Source: Desulfurococcales archaeon (GTDB lineage: Archaea > Thermoproteota > Thermoprotei_A > Sulfolobales > Desulfurococcaceae). From it: a DNA stretch of 64,000 bases. Position 1 is the first letter of the stretch; the number at the start of each line of letters is the position of its first letter. Position numbers and translations under genes: made by a program. The notes below the pieces were generated by a model, which had not been told where the DNA came from, ran no database searches, and worked only from the letters and a program-made list of their open reading frames with translations. The stretch spans positions 416,001 through 480,000 of the forward strand of contig JALVYU010000031.1 of the NCBI GenBank assembly GCA_027022365.1, written 5' to 3'. Below are positions 38,580-49,078 of the stretch, in pieces.

Positions 38580-39530
38580 ATGCAGTATATCAAGTCCCTC
38601 ATAGTGCTCATAGTCATCGCCGCGATAACCATGTCATCCGCAGTCTACGCGGAGACAACCTACAGTATAAGGTACCACGTGGTAGTCAACGGCGAGGTAA
38701 GCCCTCTGCTGAACATCTCGACCCGTATAAGGTGGGACTACTACTTATCCCTAAACATGACGTTCCACGGAGAAAACGTGACCATATGCTATAGTCTCGA
38801 GGGAGCATTGATCCCGAAGCAGATCACGGCCAGGAGCGCCTGCGGCGTAGTCAACATGACGGAGCTCATGGCCCTGCCACGAGGAACCGGGGGGACAAAC
38901 AACTTACTGCCCACAGTACCCCTGGGGAAAAACATCATGATCCACGGGTACAAGTTCCTCGGAGCAGGCGATTACAAGGGGCTACCAGTCTACAAGTTCC
39001 AGGCAAAGATATCCCCGCCATTCCTTGGCGGCAAAGCGAACGCCTCCATGATCAATGTCTACCTCTACGCCGGGCTACCAATACCCCTCTACGCCTCCGC
39101 CAGCATCAATATCCTCGGAAACCTCAGCGTACTCGTAGACGCTGTTGAGGCGAACCTGCCCAGGAACGTGCCGACAGCATACACGACAACACACTACTAC
39201 GACATAATAGCCGGGGGATTACCGGGGGCACACATAACCGTGGAGGGAGACAAAGGATCATACACGATCAAGGCAACGAACAACGGGGACACAGTGGGCT
39301 ACATAATAGTCATATACAGGAACACAGGGTTGGCATGGGCAGAGATAATCCCGCCCGGACAAACAGTAGCCGTCAAAATACCGGTGGCGCTCCTACAGCA
39401 GGTGAGCCTAGAGACACAGGAGAACATGCAATCACCGGCAAACCAGTACATAGTTGCGGGCACAGCAGTAGCGGTTGCAATCATAGCAACAATACTCATA
39501 TACACAGCCCGTAGAAGAAAGACCTCATAA
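38580..39530 (+). CDS. Secreted, C-terminally membrane-anchored hypothetical protein
   Basis: Signal peptide (AVYA), C-terminal TM plus RRRK. Confidence 0.8.
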   Translation: MQYIKSLIVLIVIAAITMSSAVYAETTYSIRYHVVVNGEVSPLLNISTRIRWDYYLSLNMTFHGENVTICYSLEGALIPKQITARSACGVVNMTELMALPRGTGGTNNLLPTVPLGKNIMIHGYKFLGAGDYKGLPVYKFQAKISPPFLGGKANASMINVYLYAGLPIPLYASASINILGNLSVLVDAVEANLPRNVPTAYTTTHYYDIIAGGLPGAHITVEGDKGSYTIKATNNGDTVGYIIVIYRNTGLAWAEIIPPGQTVAVKIPVALLQQVSLETQENMQSPANQYIVAGTAVAVAIIATILIYTARRRKTS

Positions 39531-39641
39531 AACCGGGCAAACACCATATACGAGAACGCGTTTTTAAACACCCATCCTTAAAGCCCTATGCTCCACCAAC
39601 TACTCGACCCCGCCTTGACTCCAGCCTGCTGAAAGCATCCC

Positions 39642-39953
39642 CTAGTGCTTCGCCCCACTTATTCCCTCTGCCCGATCCATACACAGGGTTGAACCCGTGT
39701 CCCACCCGTTGATCACGTGGAACACCGCCGACGCGACGCCGCGGTCGAACAACCAGCTCCTAAACACCACATACTCTACCATATCCCCTCCAACAGACCA
39801 GATTATCCCGCATCCCCGCCCCCCGAGCACATCCAGGAGCTCGCCCAGCTTCCTCCTCGAAAGCTCCACAACCGCCCACACCCTCGCATACCTCGACAAG
39901 AGAAGCGAAGACAACAAAACCCCCAACACATCCCTATCCAGCACCACGGCCAC
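39642..39953 (-). CDS. Hypothetical small protein
   Basis: 103-aa ORF in skewed DNA; no motif. Confidence 0.35.
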   Translation of the reverse strand: MAVVLDRDVLGVLLSSLLLSRYARVWAVVELSRRKLGELLDVLGGRGCGIIWSVGGDMVEYVVFRSWLFDRGVASAVFHVINGWDTGSTLCMDRAEGISGAKH

Positions 39954-40279
39954 GAGCTAATCCCTACCCACAAGCAAAAGACGAGCATTCCGCCCCACAT
40001 AGATAGGGAAAGCACCAACAACGGAACCGAGTAGCTCCAAAAACACAGCCACAACCAACAAACCATAAAAACACAAGCCCGGCACGAGAACCCCACAACC
40101 AAAAATGAAAAAACAAACATAAACAACGGAAAATCCCGATCTCTCCTGGGAAACCGTGTCTTCTCTATCTGTTTGTTTCTGGTTGTAGATCGTTAGACGG
40201 TGTATTTCTTTAAGGTGAAGTGTTAATGTGATCTATACTGTTCCCGGGTGGTCTTCCCTGCTGTGCCCGGGAGCACCAT

Positions 40280-40404
40280 TAGGCGCTTATTTAAGCTTTT
40301 CTACCCGAGATCCCCATGAGCTTCATGGAGAATCCGGAAACCCGAACCGACAAACCTAAAAACAATAACAAACACATAAACAACCAAAGAAACAACCAAA
40401 AACA
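40280..40404 (+). promoter_or_regulatory. CRISPR leader of array 3
   Basis: TTATTTAAG box, near-palindrome CCATGAGCTTCATGG, A/C-rich tract abutting the first repeat. Confidence 0.7.
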
Positions 40405-41220
40405 GAAACAATAAACAAAAATTGAAAGGCCGAGCAGTCCGTTCGGCAAGAACGTTAAGAGCGACTTCGAAACAATAAACAAAAATTGAAAGGCTTGTCG
40501 CCCAGAGGCATAGCCGCCAATGTAACGATGGTGCGAAACAATAAACAAAAATTGAAAGGATTAATATTATAGACATTCCAGCATTCTGAACAACGATAAG
40601 AAACAATAAACAAAAATTGAAAGACTATGAATCCAGAGAGTAGGGCTAGGGCTATGAACCCGTAGAAACAATAAACAAAAATTGAAAGCTACTATTGTTC
40701 TCCTTTCCCTTATGCTTCTCTCTATTAGGTTTGAAACAATAAACAAAAATTGAAAGTCACATTGATATGTTGTGTGTTCGTAGTAGCTGTCGTAATCAGA
40801 AACAATAAACAAAAATTGAAAGATAATAACAAGAGACTTACTCACAGGTTTTACTACAATGTACGGATGAAACAATAAACAAAAATTGAAAGTTCCTAGC
40901 TATGTGTTCCAGAAGAGCGACCACCCTCCAGCGAAACAATAAACAAAAATTGAAAGCAATCCAAAAGAGCTAGTAATACAACTATGGTACAACTATAAGG
41001 AAACAATAAACAAAAATTGAAAGGCCTTAGTATTGTACCTACAGGGTCTGAATCGGCTTCCTGAAACAATAAACAAAAATTGAAAGGTAGTATATCGTTA
41101 GGGTCTCGTCGCGGTTCAAGTAGAACGGAAACAATAAACAAAAATTGAAAGTATAGCTGTTAGCAGGGTCGCTATTATGTCTCCATCACTAGCAGTGAAA
41201 CAATAGACAAAAATTGAAAA
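40405..41220 (+). CRISPR. CRISPR array 3: 13 repeats GAAACAATAAACAAAAATTGAAAG, 12 spacers of 39-46 nt
   Basis: 12 identical repeats from 40405; degenerate terminal repeat 41197-41220. Confidence 0.97.
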
Positions 41221-41337
41221 GGATTTTATCTATGGGAAATTGACAATATCGGTTTATTTTTTACTTGATTTTTAAGTGTTTTTTGTTAATGTTGATGTAG
41301 TTTTGGAAAAAAAATTGTTAATTGTTTTTGGGTAGTA

Positions 41338-41556
41338 TTAGTTTTGGTAACAATATAGGTATTTGTGAAACACTTTTCTTAGGGCGTCGATTATCGAGGC
41401 TCTGCAGTCGTTTCCCATAGGTACTATTAGTGTTCTTCGGCTATGGATGTATATGAACAGGTATTCTTTACCACAGCCGAAAGCCCTTATTCTTTCGTAT
41501 AGCTTGCATTTTATGAGGTGGGCGTAGTACTCGCTGGGAACAAACTCGACCCTCAT
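41338..41556 (-). CDS. Small hypothetical protein (72 aa)
   Basis: ATG-started ORF between array 3 and an orphan repeat. Confidence 0.5.
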   Translation of the reverse strand: MRVEFVPSEYYAHLIKCKLYERIRAFGCGKEYLFIYIHSRRTLIVPMGNDCRASIIDALRKVFHKYLYCYQN

Positions 41557-41569
41557 GGTATCATCTGAG

Positions 41570-41593
41570 GAGATAATAAGGAAGAACTGAAAG
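41570..41593 (+). repeat. Orphan degenerate CRISPR repeat
   Basis: GAGATAATAAGGAAGAACTGAAAG, 24 nt, ends with the array 1/2 handle. Confidence 0.55.
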
Positions 41594-42156
41594 ACCCTTA
41601 TTAGGATCTACTATATCTGTTTTTCCCCGGAAACGGCTCACTTGATTAATAACTATCTCCACATAATAGCTATAAGGGGGCACAGCATTCCCGCTGTCTT
41701 ACAATTGGTTCTCACTTATTATCTTCGGCGTATCCCGGTATTGTCTAGGCCCGCCACGTACCTAGGATCGAAGAGACGTCAAATAAACATGTTTATTCGA
41801 CAATAACATAGTTAGTTGTTCGCCTTTTGCCTTTGCTAATATATCCTATACGTTATCCCCGTTATACCAGATAATAGCTTGCTTACACCCACAACGCCCT
41901 TACACGAGGATAGCTCGATATAAGTACAATACCATTAGACAGTAGCTTAGTAGTGGTGTCCTATCTGTCTCTAATATTATTGCGGCATAGACTAGATCTT
42001 TTGAGAGAAATAATTATTTTCTCGAGTCAACGAGGATATGTATACAAGGTGTATTTGACTGGTTCTCGGGAAATTTGGGTGTAGTCAGCGGCCAGTTAAA
42101 ATAGTAGCATTGGGATTCCTGAAGAACAAATCAACAAGAGGTTTTGAATGGTATCA

Positions 42157-42831
42157 CTAGGCTCGGTAGATTTTTAGTAATGTTTTCGCCTTGGTTGTGA
42201 GTATGTATTTATTGTCCTTTTTTTCAACCAGGTGTTTTTCTTCGAGCTTCTTCACGGTTTTCCATATTGTTGTTTTTGGCTTTTCCAGTATCTTCGACAG
42301 CTTTGTAAGGGTTATGCCCGGGTTTTCTTGGAGTTTTTCAAGTATTTCTAGCTCTAGTTTTGTCGGTGTTTCGCATATGGGTATGTTTTTTGGATCTATT
42401 TCTATTGATTTGTCTCTTGCCTCGATGTCTATTCTGATATCGATATCTATGTTTTCCTGCTTGATGAGTAATGCAGCAGTATATGCCTCTATAACTAATG
42501 CTCTCAAACCTCCCCCGAGGCTTATCTTGAACTTGCTGTTTCCTCTCAGTATTTCTTTTTTAAAGATGTCCATGATCTGGGAAACAGCGGTCCAGAAGTC
42601 TTCTACGTCTACTCTGTGTAATAGTATGTTTTCCTCCTTGATCCCTGCGAGTCCCGCTATATTTTTTATTTCCTGGACGGCTTTCCTTGTCCTCTCATCA
42701 ATATCCCATGATGGTACCAGTAATACTATTTTTGAGACGCCGCCCATCCCCATGGCTAATAGACTGCGTATAACGTGTCTTTCGTCAAATCCTAGTGTTG
42801 CCAGAAGGATAGTGGTCATTTTATAAGTCAC
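42157..42831 (-). CDS. csa3: CARF-wHTH regulator Csa3
   Basis: ATLGFDERHVIR, SLGGGLRAL, C-terminal HTH; divergent from I-A operon. Confidence 0.9.
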   Translation of the reverse strand: MTYKMTTILLATLGFDERHVIRSLLAMGMGGVSKIVLLVPSWDIDERTRKAVQEIKNIAGLAGIKEENILLHRVDVEDFWTAVSQIMDIFKKEILRGNSKFKISLGGGLRALVIEAYTAALLIKQENIDIDIRIDIEARDKSIEIDPKNIPICETPTKLELEILEKLQENPGITLTKLSKILEKPKTTIWKTVKKLEEKHLVEKKDNKYILTTKAKTLLKIYRA

Positions 42832-42991
42832 CCCTATATCTTGTTGTTAGGTGTTTAGTTTATTAATTGTTTCTCTTTATGAGAACACTTCTTATTTCTG
42901 TTCCTATATTTGGGAATAATTCTGAAACCTAAGAAACGCATAAGATTTATATACCTTTATATCTAGAAAAAGTAAATAGAGGGAGTAGAAA

Positions 42992-43441
42992 ATGTCTGGC
43001 GATGGGTATGAAAATATTGTGAAAATCATCAAGTACTTCATTGAGACGAAGCGATACGGGCCTGTAGACAGAATGGCTATGGCCATGGGTCCTGAAGCAG
43101 TAGAAATAGCGCTTTATGACATGCTCCGAACTATAAGTAGCTTATATGGTAGGAGCATTGTTGTGAGGATGAGGTCAGAAAAAGATGGTAAAGAGTTTAC
43201 AGTGAGGTGCTGTGAATATGATGAGGATAAGAGGCTCGGATACGGTATTTATGGCGATGTAGTCGAGGTACTAGAGGGACAAGGCGAACTAAAAGGTAAG
43301 ATCCAGTGTATGCCGTGCCCGCGTCCCCCTAGAGAAGACGAGGTAAAGGGTTTCCTTGCAAAAGTGAGAGAAGATCCGTCCTACGCGAGAAGACTTGTAT
43401 TAGAGGCTTTTTCAATCCACGTGAAGGGAGAGGGTGAATAA
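42992..43441 (+). CDS. csa5: Type I-A small subunit Csa5 (Cas11)
   Basis: YGPVDRMAMA...ALYDMLR pattern; first gene of the operon. Confidence 0.8.
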   Translation: MSGDGYENIVKIIKYFIETKRYGPVDRMAMAMGPEAVEIALYDMLRTISSLYGRSIVVRMRSEKDGKEFTVRCCEYDEDKRLGYGIYGDVVEVLEGQGELKGKIQCMPCPRPPREDEVKGFLAKVREDPSYARRLVLEAFSIHVKGEGE

Positions 43442-43444
43442 AGA

Positions 43445-44467
43445 ATGGTTTATACGAGCATCTCGGCCCGGATCCTATTAAATATTGAAGCGCTAAATAT
43501 GACTGAAAGCGCCGGCAACTATGTGAAGCATAGAAGAGCACCAGTAGTCATTCCAACGAGTAATGGGTATATTCTCAGATACGTTCCAGTGATCAGTGGT
43601 GAGAGCATAGCTCACGCTTACCAGGAAATACTCGCTAAGATAGCTGAGGAAACAGGCCTACCAGTATGTAGTCTATGTAGGCAGGGCGTATTCCTCAAAC
43701 ACACAGATAAAAACGTGTTCAAAAGAACAGGTATCCCAGCACCCGACTTCAAGAAACCGGAGAGCGTCGAGGAGACAATCGTTAAGCACTGCGTAGTCGA
43801 GGACGTAGGCGGCTTCCTAAACACTGACGCCGCTTTAAAGAGGACGAGCAGATTCTACGCAGGATACATGATCCCAGCACTAGACTCTATCAAGACAAGT
43901 GCTGCAGAGGCACAATTCCATGTCAGATACGATCCCCTGTCGATCCAGACACAAGCAATATATAACATAGAAGCTGGAAGCGCATTATACGTATTAACGC
44001 TCGGGCTAGACATAGACGGAATAGGTGTTTCAAGCATAGCTTTAGAAAACAGTAAGCCGAAACCCCTAGTATCCCCTGAGGAGAGATCTAAGAGGATTGA
44101 GGCAGCATTCAAAGCAATGCATCTACTAGTAACGCAAATGCTCTTCGGAGCAAAAAGAACAAGGTTCATGCCTAACTGGAAGATAATGAGCCTAGCAATA
44201 CTCACTACGCATCCGCTACCCCTGAATGTCCGGCCAGCACATACGAGCAAATACATTGAGGAGACAATAGAATCAGTGAATCATGCCGTAGAACTGCTAG
44301 GTAAGGGGGCATCAAAGATAGAGGAGAAAGCACTCCTAGCATACTATTCGGCGGAAGAAAAACCAGTAGTCGGAGAGTCCAGTGTAAGCATATACGAGGC
44401 CAGGACACCCGACGAAGCATTCAACAAATCCTATGAGTACATACAAGAACTGTTGGGGATGAAGTAA
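43445..44467 (+). CDS. cas7: Type I-A Cas7 (Csa2)
   Basis: EALNMTESAGNYVKHR, VPVISGESIAHAYQ, VEDVGGFL, FGAKRTRF. Confidence 0.95.
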   Translation: MVYTSISARILLNIEALNMTESAGNYVKHRRAPVVIPTSNGYILRYVPVISGESIAHAYQEILAKIAEETGLPVCSLCRQGVFLKHTDKNVFKRTGIPAPDFKKPESVEETIVKHCVVEDVGGFLNTDAALKRTSRFYAGYMIPALDSIKTSAAEAQFHVRYDPLSIQTQAIYNIEAGSALYVLTLGLDIDGIGVSSIALENSKPKPLVSPEERSKRIEAAFKAMHLLVTQMLFGAKRTRFMPNWKIMSLAILTTHPLPLNVRPAHTSKYIEETIESVNHAVELLGKGASKIEEKALLAYYSAEEKPVVGESSVSIYEARTPDEAFNKSYEYIQELLGMK

Positions 44468-44469
44468 GG

Positions 44470-45261
44470 TTGAAGAGCATCTTATTAGTAGATATAGTTT
44501 TTTCATGGGGCCACATGATTAGGCCACCATATCAAAGCGGGGGAGGACAGGCCCTACCCTACCCTCCCCCAACAACCCTGATAGGAGCCTTGGCAGCCCC
44601 GTATCTAAGACTGAGAGAGCCAGTGGAGATCATTTACCATGATAAGAAAGCGTACAGTCCAGCCGCCAAGTTACTAGATATTGTGAGCTACGCCGTTATG
44701 GGCTATCCTAAACCATGCGTAACCGAGATAATTGATATTAACAAATACTACTCCTACGCTTATCTTAGACCCAAATATAAAAAGTATGAAAGATTCTGGT
44801 CAGCCGCTATAGGCACGGGTAAAATATACTCACCATCAAACGCTGTAATCGCATACATAGTCGAGCAGGAATACGGAGAAGAACTAGCCAAGGCAGCATG
44901 GGGGATCACGAGGATCGGTAGCAAGGAAGGACTGGTATCAGTAAGGAGAGTAAAACTGGTAAAACAACCAGCAGTAATCGAAGAACAAAAGACCGTCAGT
45001 ACAATTTTCCCAACACCCCTAAACATAGTAGAGCCTAGGGAAAACTGCAGGATCATCTATTTCTGGAAAATTATGAGGGAAGCATATACTTCGTACATGC
45101 CGAAGGAATACGAAGAATATCTCGACAAATACGTTGTCCCAGAATTCACTAGCAGAGTCTACGGTGGATCTATGAAGGTAAAGCCGCTAGAAAACGCCGT
45201 AGTAGTCGAAACACCATATTCTCCACTCATACTTCCCAAGGAAAAACTAGGTATAAGGTGA
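44470..45261 (+). CDS. cas5: Type I-A Cas5
   Basis: PYPPPTTLIGALA, AWGITRIGSKEGLV. Confidence 0.93.
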   Translation: MKSILLVDIVFSWGHMIRPPYQSGGGQALPYPPPTTLIGALAAPYLRLREPVEIIYHDKKAYSPAAKLLDIVSYAVMGYPKPCVTEIIDINKYYSYAYLRPKYKKYERFWSAAIGTGKIYSPSNAVIAYIVEQEYGEELAKAAWGITRIGSKEGLVSVRRVKLVKQPAVIEEQKTVSTIFPTPLNIVEPRENCRIIYFWKIMREAYTSYMPKEYEEYLDKYVVPEFTSRVYGGSMKVKPLENAVVVETPYSPLILPKEKLGIR

Positions 45262-46415
45262 TACGATATATGAGTGGTCATCTATGCATAGAACTATACC
45301 CGCCCGGCACACTCGGCAGGATCTTCATAGACTTATCACTCAACTATATGGATAAATCCCTTTACAAACTAAGAGACAATACTATATGTATAAATGATCC
45401 AGTCTTGTTCGCCCAAGAAATGGAGGGGTTGCTTGAACAGTTCTATGTTAAAAGAGAAAAATGTTTCTACCTTACAGGTAATGATAACAAAAAAATTGTT
45501 GAGGTTCTAGGATCATTCTATAGTAAAGACGATCTGGCAACAATCATAAGATTTGTCACAAAATCTCTCATAAACGGCGGATACAGCAATGTAGCTAAGA
45601 AAACAACAGCACCAGCCATGGCAAGGATAGAGTTTTTCGAACATTCAAAACCAGGCTATATAGCCCGGATTTCCGATAAACACAAGGAGCACCCATACAA
45701 ACGCATGAACGTATTATCGCTTGCCCTAACAATCTTAGGCGGCTGTATAGCCTATGTGACTCAAAGCGGGAAAAAGTTCATGGTTTATTTTGTTCCACTA
45801 TATTACATCGAACCAATACTAATAAAGAAAATCAAGGGGAAAATAGCGGAATACTATAACTCCCCACCCAGTATTCTCGCCTACATAGCAGTAAAATATG
45901 TAGCAGAGCTCGGAGTAATCAGCGGATCACCGCTTGGTTTCTTAATAACGATAGATAGGTCGGGAAACAGGCCAATTCTCGTACGTAGTGAGCCATTAGC
46001 TAGTGAAGGATTAGAGAAAATTATACCAAATCTATCCAAAACTTCAAGAGAAATTATTGATGCAATACTTGATCTGCTGAAAATATATTATGACGAGCTT
46101 CCAAAAAAGAGAAAGACAGCTAAATTCAAGAGAATTGCAGAATTTGTAGCCCCACTCATAACCATAGTGTTGGATATTTATAGGGCGTCAAGAGGATCTG
46201 GGGAGGCATTATATGACTGTATAAGGACTATAGCCCTTGTCAGGGACAGTATTATCAGCTCATTAGAGAAAGGTGGTAAGAATACTCCTTGGAGAAGACT
46301 ATACTTCATGCTGAAAGACAAAGTCGATCATCCGGTGGGAGCGCTAAATATTCTCATAAGAGATCTATCGAATATAATTAAGCTGGAGGAATGGAGGGGT
46401 ATATACCAGTTTTGA
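45258..46415 (+). CDS. cas8a: Type I-A large subunit Cas8a (CsaX/Csa4-like)
   Basis: Position between cas5 and cas3; LYPPG start, PAMARIEFFE, ALTILGG. Confidence 0.65.
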   Translation: MIRYMSGHLCIELYPPGTLGRIFIDLSLNYMDKSLYKLRDNTICINDPVLFAQEMEGLLEQFYVKREKCFYLTGNDNKKIVEVLGSFYSKDDLATIIRFVTKSLINGGYSNVAKKTTAPAMARIEFFEHSKPGYIARISDKHKEHPYKRMNVLSLALTILGGCIAYVTQSGKKFMVYFVPLYYIEPILIKKIKGKIAEYYNSPPSILAYIAVKYVAELGVISGSPLGFLITIDRSGNRPILVRSEPLASEGLEKIIPNLSKTSREIIDAILDLLKIYYDELPKKRKTAKFKRIAEFVAPLITIVLDIYRASRGSGEALYDCIRTIALVRDSIISSLEKGGKNTPWRRLYFMLKDKVDHPVGALNILIRDLSNIIKLEEWRGIYQF

Positions 46416-48190
46416 GGAAACTTAACGATTTTCTCATTGAGACATATGAGAAACACTATAGTAGGGTGAATAAGCCACTTATAACCATATATGAAGCGCC
46501 AACCGGATATGGTAAATCATCAGTATTCCCATTTATAGCATATAAAATACGCAGTTCAGGAGTATTCTACGGGTACATACACGTATTACCCATGAGAAGC
46601 ATAATCAGGAGCCTATACACAGATCTTTTGGAAGGAAATAAATATCCATTTAACATGATTGAAGACGTGAAAAACAATGTGGGGTATCAAGCAAGCGGTA
46701 TGACTCTATCAGGAAAGGACCCATTCTACACAAAACTATATAATATAACGACGATCGATAGCTTCATGCTAAACATGTTAAAGCTATCTATCGGCGAGCC
46801 CAACACTTACTACAAGCACTATGAAGCAAGCAGGTCAATGATATTTACCTCAATGATAACACTTGATGAAGCCCACTTATACGGAGGCGATCCAGGGGCG
46901 CCAGAAGAGAAACTATATACTAGTTTCACATCTCTAGTCGGTGTCCTCCCCTACCTAAACACGCCCATATCAATAATCTCCGCGACAATCCCCATAAGCC
47001 TGGGAAACGCCATCTATAGGACAATACTGGCTTATACTAGGTCGAAAAACGGCGTGGCGCTGTGGATAAAGTATGGGGATAAGATCAGAGTAAACGGGAA
47101 AGTCATTGGTGAAGCGGTAGATAGAGAATTCGATCAAAGAGTGGAGTCCACTCGATGGAAAACAGAGATCCTATCAATAAGGTTCAATAAGCTCGCAAAA
47201 GAAATAAATGACAAAGCCGAGACAGGGAGGAAAATACTAGTTATAACCAATAAGCCCGTCAGAGCTGTGAATATTTACGAGCACTTAGCATCGATGGATC
47301 TGGATCCTGTTCTGGTTCATGGAAGACTGAAGTACTCGGAAAGAGAATCTATGGAGAAAAGAATACGTGAGGCAAATGTAGTTGTTGCTACCCAGGTAGT
47401 AGAGGCCGGAATAGACGTAAGCTTCGACACTATCTACACTGATCCTGCTCCTCCCACAAGCCTTATTCAAAGAATCGGGAGAATAAACAGGGAACTAAGA
47501 GACAACATAACCGGCCAAGTATTTATCATCAACGATGGTGAGGACAGCTATAAAAATATATATGATCCTGAAATAGTGGTGAATACGCTGAAACTGATCA
47601 AGGAGTACGGGGATAATATAAACTGGAGACTACCTAGGGGAAGAGATTCAAGCGACATCATAGGCTACTATGATTTGATCGAGAAAATCTATCAGGGATT
47701 AACACCAGTAATCGATACAGGGCTTCTCCATGCACTCAAAGAAATAATTCTCTCAGCAAGAATAGGCTGGAGTCAAACGAGGGAGCTAATGTATAAATCA
47801 TGTATGAAAAACACAGGTATTATTAGGAACAGTGTTTTGATACCCGTTTTTCCAGTGGATATCACAGATCAACACTTAGTAAATGATATTACTATTGAAG
47901 AACTATTTGTTGAAGCGGTACCAGTAAGCTTAGCTTGGCTTATAATTAGGGCGAACACTCTTCTTTCAAGGAAATCATTCATACTATATATTGTTTTTGA
48001 CGATAACGGTGAGCCTTATCCTCGCTTTGAAACAGCTCCAAGAGATCCTGCGGAACTAAAGAAGATAATATGTGGAAGTCTATGTGGATACAGGGTTCAT
48101 AGGAACTTATCCCGCGGCAACGGCTTCTTTTCCGGCATAGTAGTCGAACCTAGGCTCTACAAGCCCTGGAAAGGATTGCTGGTTGACTAG
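46391..48190 (+). CDS. cas3: Cas3' helicase
   Basis: APTGYGKS, DEAH, SAT, VHGR, TQVVEAGIDV, QRIGRINR. Confidence 0.95.
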   Translation: MEGYIPVLRKLNDFLIETYEKHYSRVNKPLITIYEAPTGYGKSSVFPFIAYKIRSSGVFYGYIHVLPMRSIIRSLYTDLLEGNKYPFNMIEDVKNNVGYQASGMTLSGKDPFYTKLYNITTIDSFMLNMLKLSIGEPNTYYKHYEASRSMIFTSMITLDEAHLYGGDPGAPEEKLYTSFTSLVGVLPYLNTPISIISATIPISLGNAIYRTILAYTRSKNGVALWIKYGDKIRVNGKVIGEAVDREFDQRVESTRWKTEILSIRFNKLAKEINDKAETGRKILVITNKPVRAVNIYEHLASMDLDPVLVHGRLKYSERESMEKRIREANVVVATQVVEAGIDVSFDTIYTDPAPPTSLIQRIGRINRELRDNITGQVFIINDGEDSYKNIYDPEIVVNTLKLIKEYGDNINWRLPRGRDSSDIIGYYDLIEKIYQGLTPVIDTGLLHALKEIILSARIGWSQTRELMYKSCMKNTGIIRNSVLIPVFPVDITDQHLVNDITIEELFVEAVPVSLAWLIIRANTLLSRKSFILYIVFDDNGEPYPRFETAPRDPAELKKIICGSLCGYRVHRNLSRGNGFFSGIVVEPRLYKPWKGLLVD

Positions 48191-48217
48191 GATTGTTAGC
48201 CGCTGGGGGTCGAAACA

Positions 48218-49066
48218 ATGTATTTCCATGCATACATCGATAAGGATGGCAGGAATTATAGTTTAATAGGGCACTCCATAGACACTCTTCTCGTCGCTTT
48301 AAAGACAAATATCAACAAGAGACTATATACTGTCACTTGCAGGATAATAGAAGGAGATAACCATAGAGAGGTTATTCACTCCTACCTTCTCCTACCGTTT
48401 TTACTACATGACATAGGGAAAATAATGATCATGTACCAAGAGAGACCCGCCAAATGGAATTATGGATACGCGTTCCACGAAATTGTTGGCGGCATACTAA
48501 TGTATAAGATCAGCGAGCAAATCCTCGAGGATGATGTAGCGGGAGTAGATTATCAAATGCTGAGGTATCTCTTGGTGGAATCCGTTAAGAGACACCATTA
48601 TTCAATGAACCGTGGATTAAACGAGTTAATTGAAGCTATGAACAGAGGACTCTTTAAATTCGTGAACGGCGTTTATAATGTTGTGAAAAGAAGTGATCTG
48701 GAAAAATATATTCTAGGCATAAAAACATGCTTAGAGAGATACTCTGAGATGGTGCCCCGCCAACTAAATAACATACTAGATAATATTATTGAAAAAGCTC
48801 TACCAAACATGCGTGACACTCTTTTTAGCCTCTATACAGCTAGAACGTTGGAGCAAAAAATCAAGAAAATAGAGGATTACCTGCGTAGCAAGAATGTTAA
48901 TGAAGCCTTCATATACAACGCCGTATTGACAGGATTAATCTCATTAGCTGATTACACGGCAGCATCAATAGAGAGAAGCAATAAACTAAGAGGATATGCT
49001 TCAAAATTTTACTCCAAGAGCGAAATAAAGGAGATTAATGCTATTATACCGGTCGAGTGCAGATAA
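48218..49066 (+). CDS. cas3HD: Cas3'' HD nuclease
   Basis: LIGHS, LHDIGK, FHE, RHH, LADY. Confidence 0.92.
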   Translation: MYFHAYIDKDGRNYSLIGHSIDTLLVALKTNINKRLYTVTCRIIEGDNHREVIHSYLLLPFLLHDIGKIMIMYQERPAKWNYGYAFHEIVGGILMYKISEQILEDDVAGVDYQMLRYLLVESVKRHHYSMNRGLNELIEAMNRGLFKFVNGVYNVVKRSDLEKYILGIKTCLERYSEMVPRQLNNILDNIIEKALPNMRDTLFSLYTARTLEQKIKKIEDYLRSKNVNEAFIYNAVLTGLISLADYTAASIERSNKLRGYASKFYSKSEIKEINAIIPVECR

Positions 49067-49078
49067 TACCTCGTCTAT

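Noticed and set aside
40291-41141. Minus-strand ORFs with repeating FQFLFIVS/LSIFVYCF peptides
   Set aside because: Translations of CRISPR repeats
16647-41220. Self-targeting of spacers within the window
   Set aside because: No convincing match found by eye (DHAL similarity to csm3 is only a few codons); needs a computed search
41650-42150. Possible decayed adaptation gene next to csa3
   Set aside because: No Cas1/Cas2/Cas4 motif discernible in the frames examined
42191-42826. 211-aa ORF antisense to csa3 (and other long antisense ORFs such as 3301-4002)
   Set aside because: Shadow frames of well-supported genes
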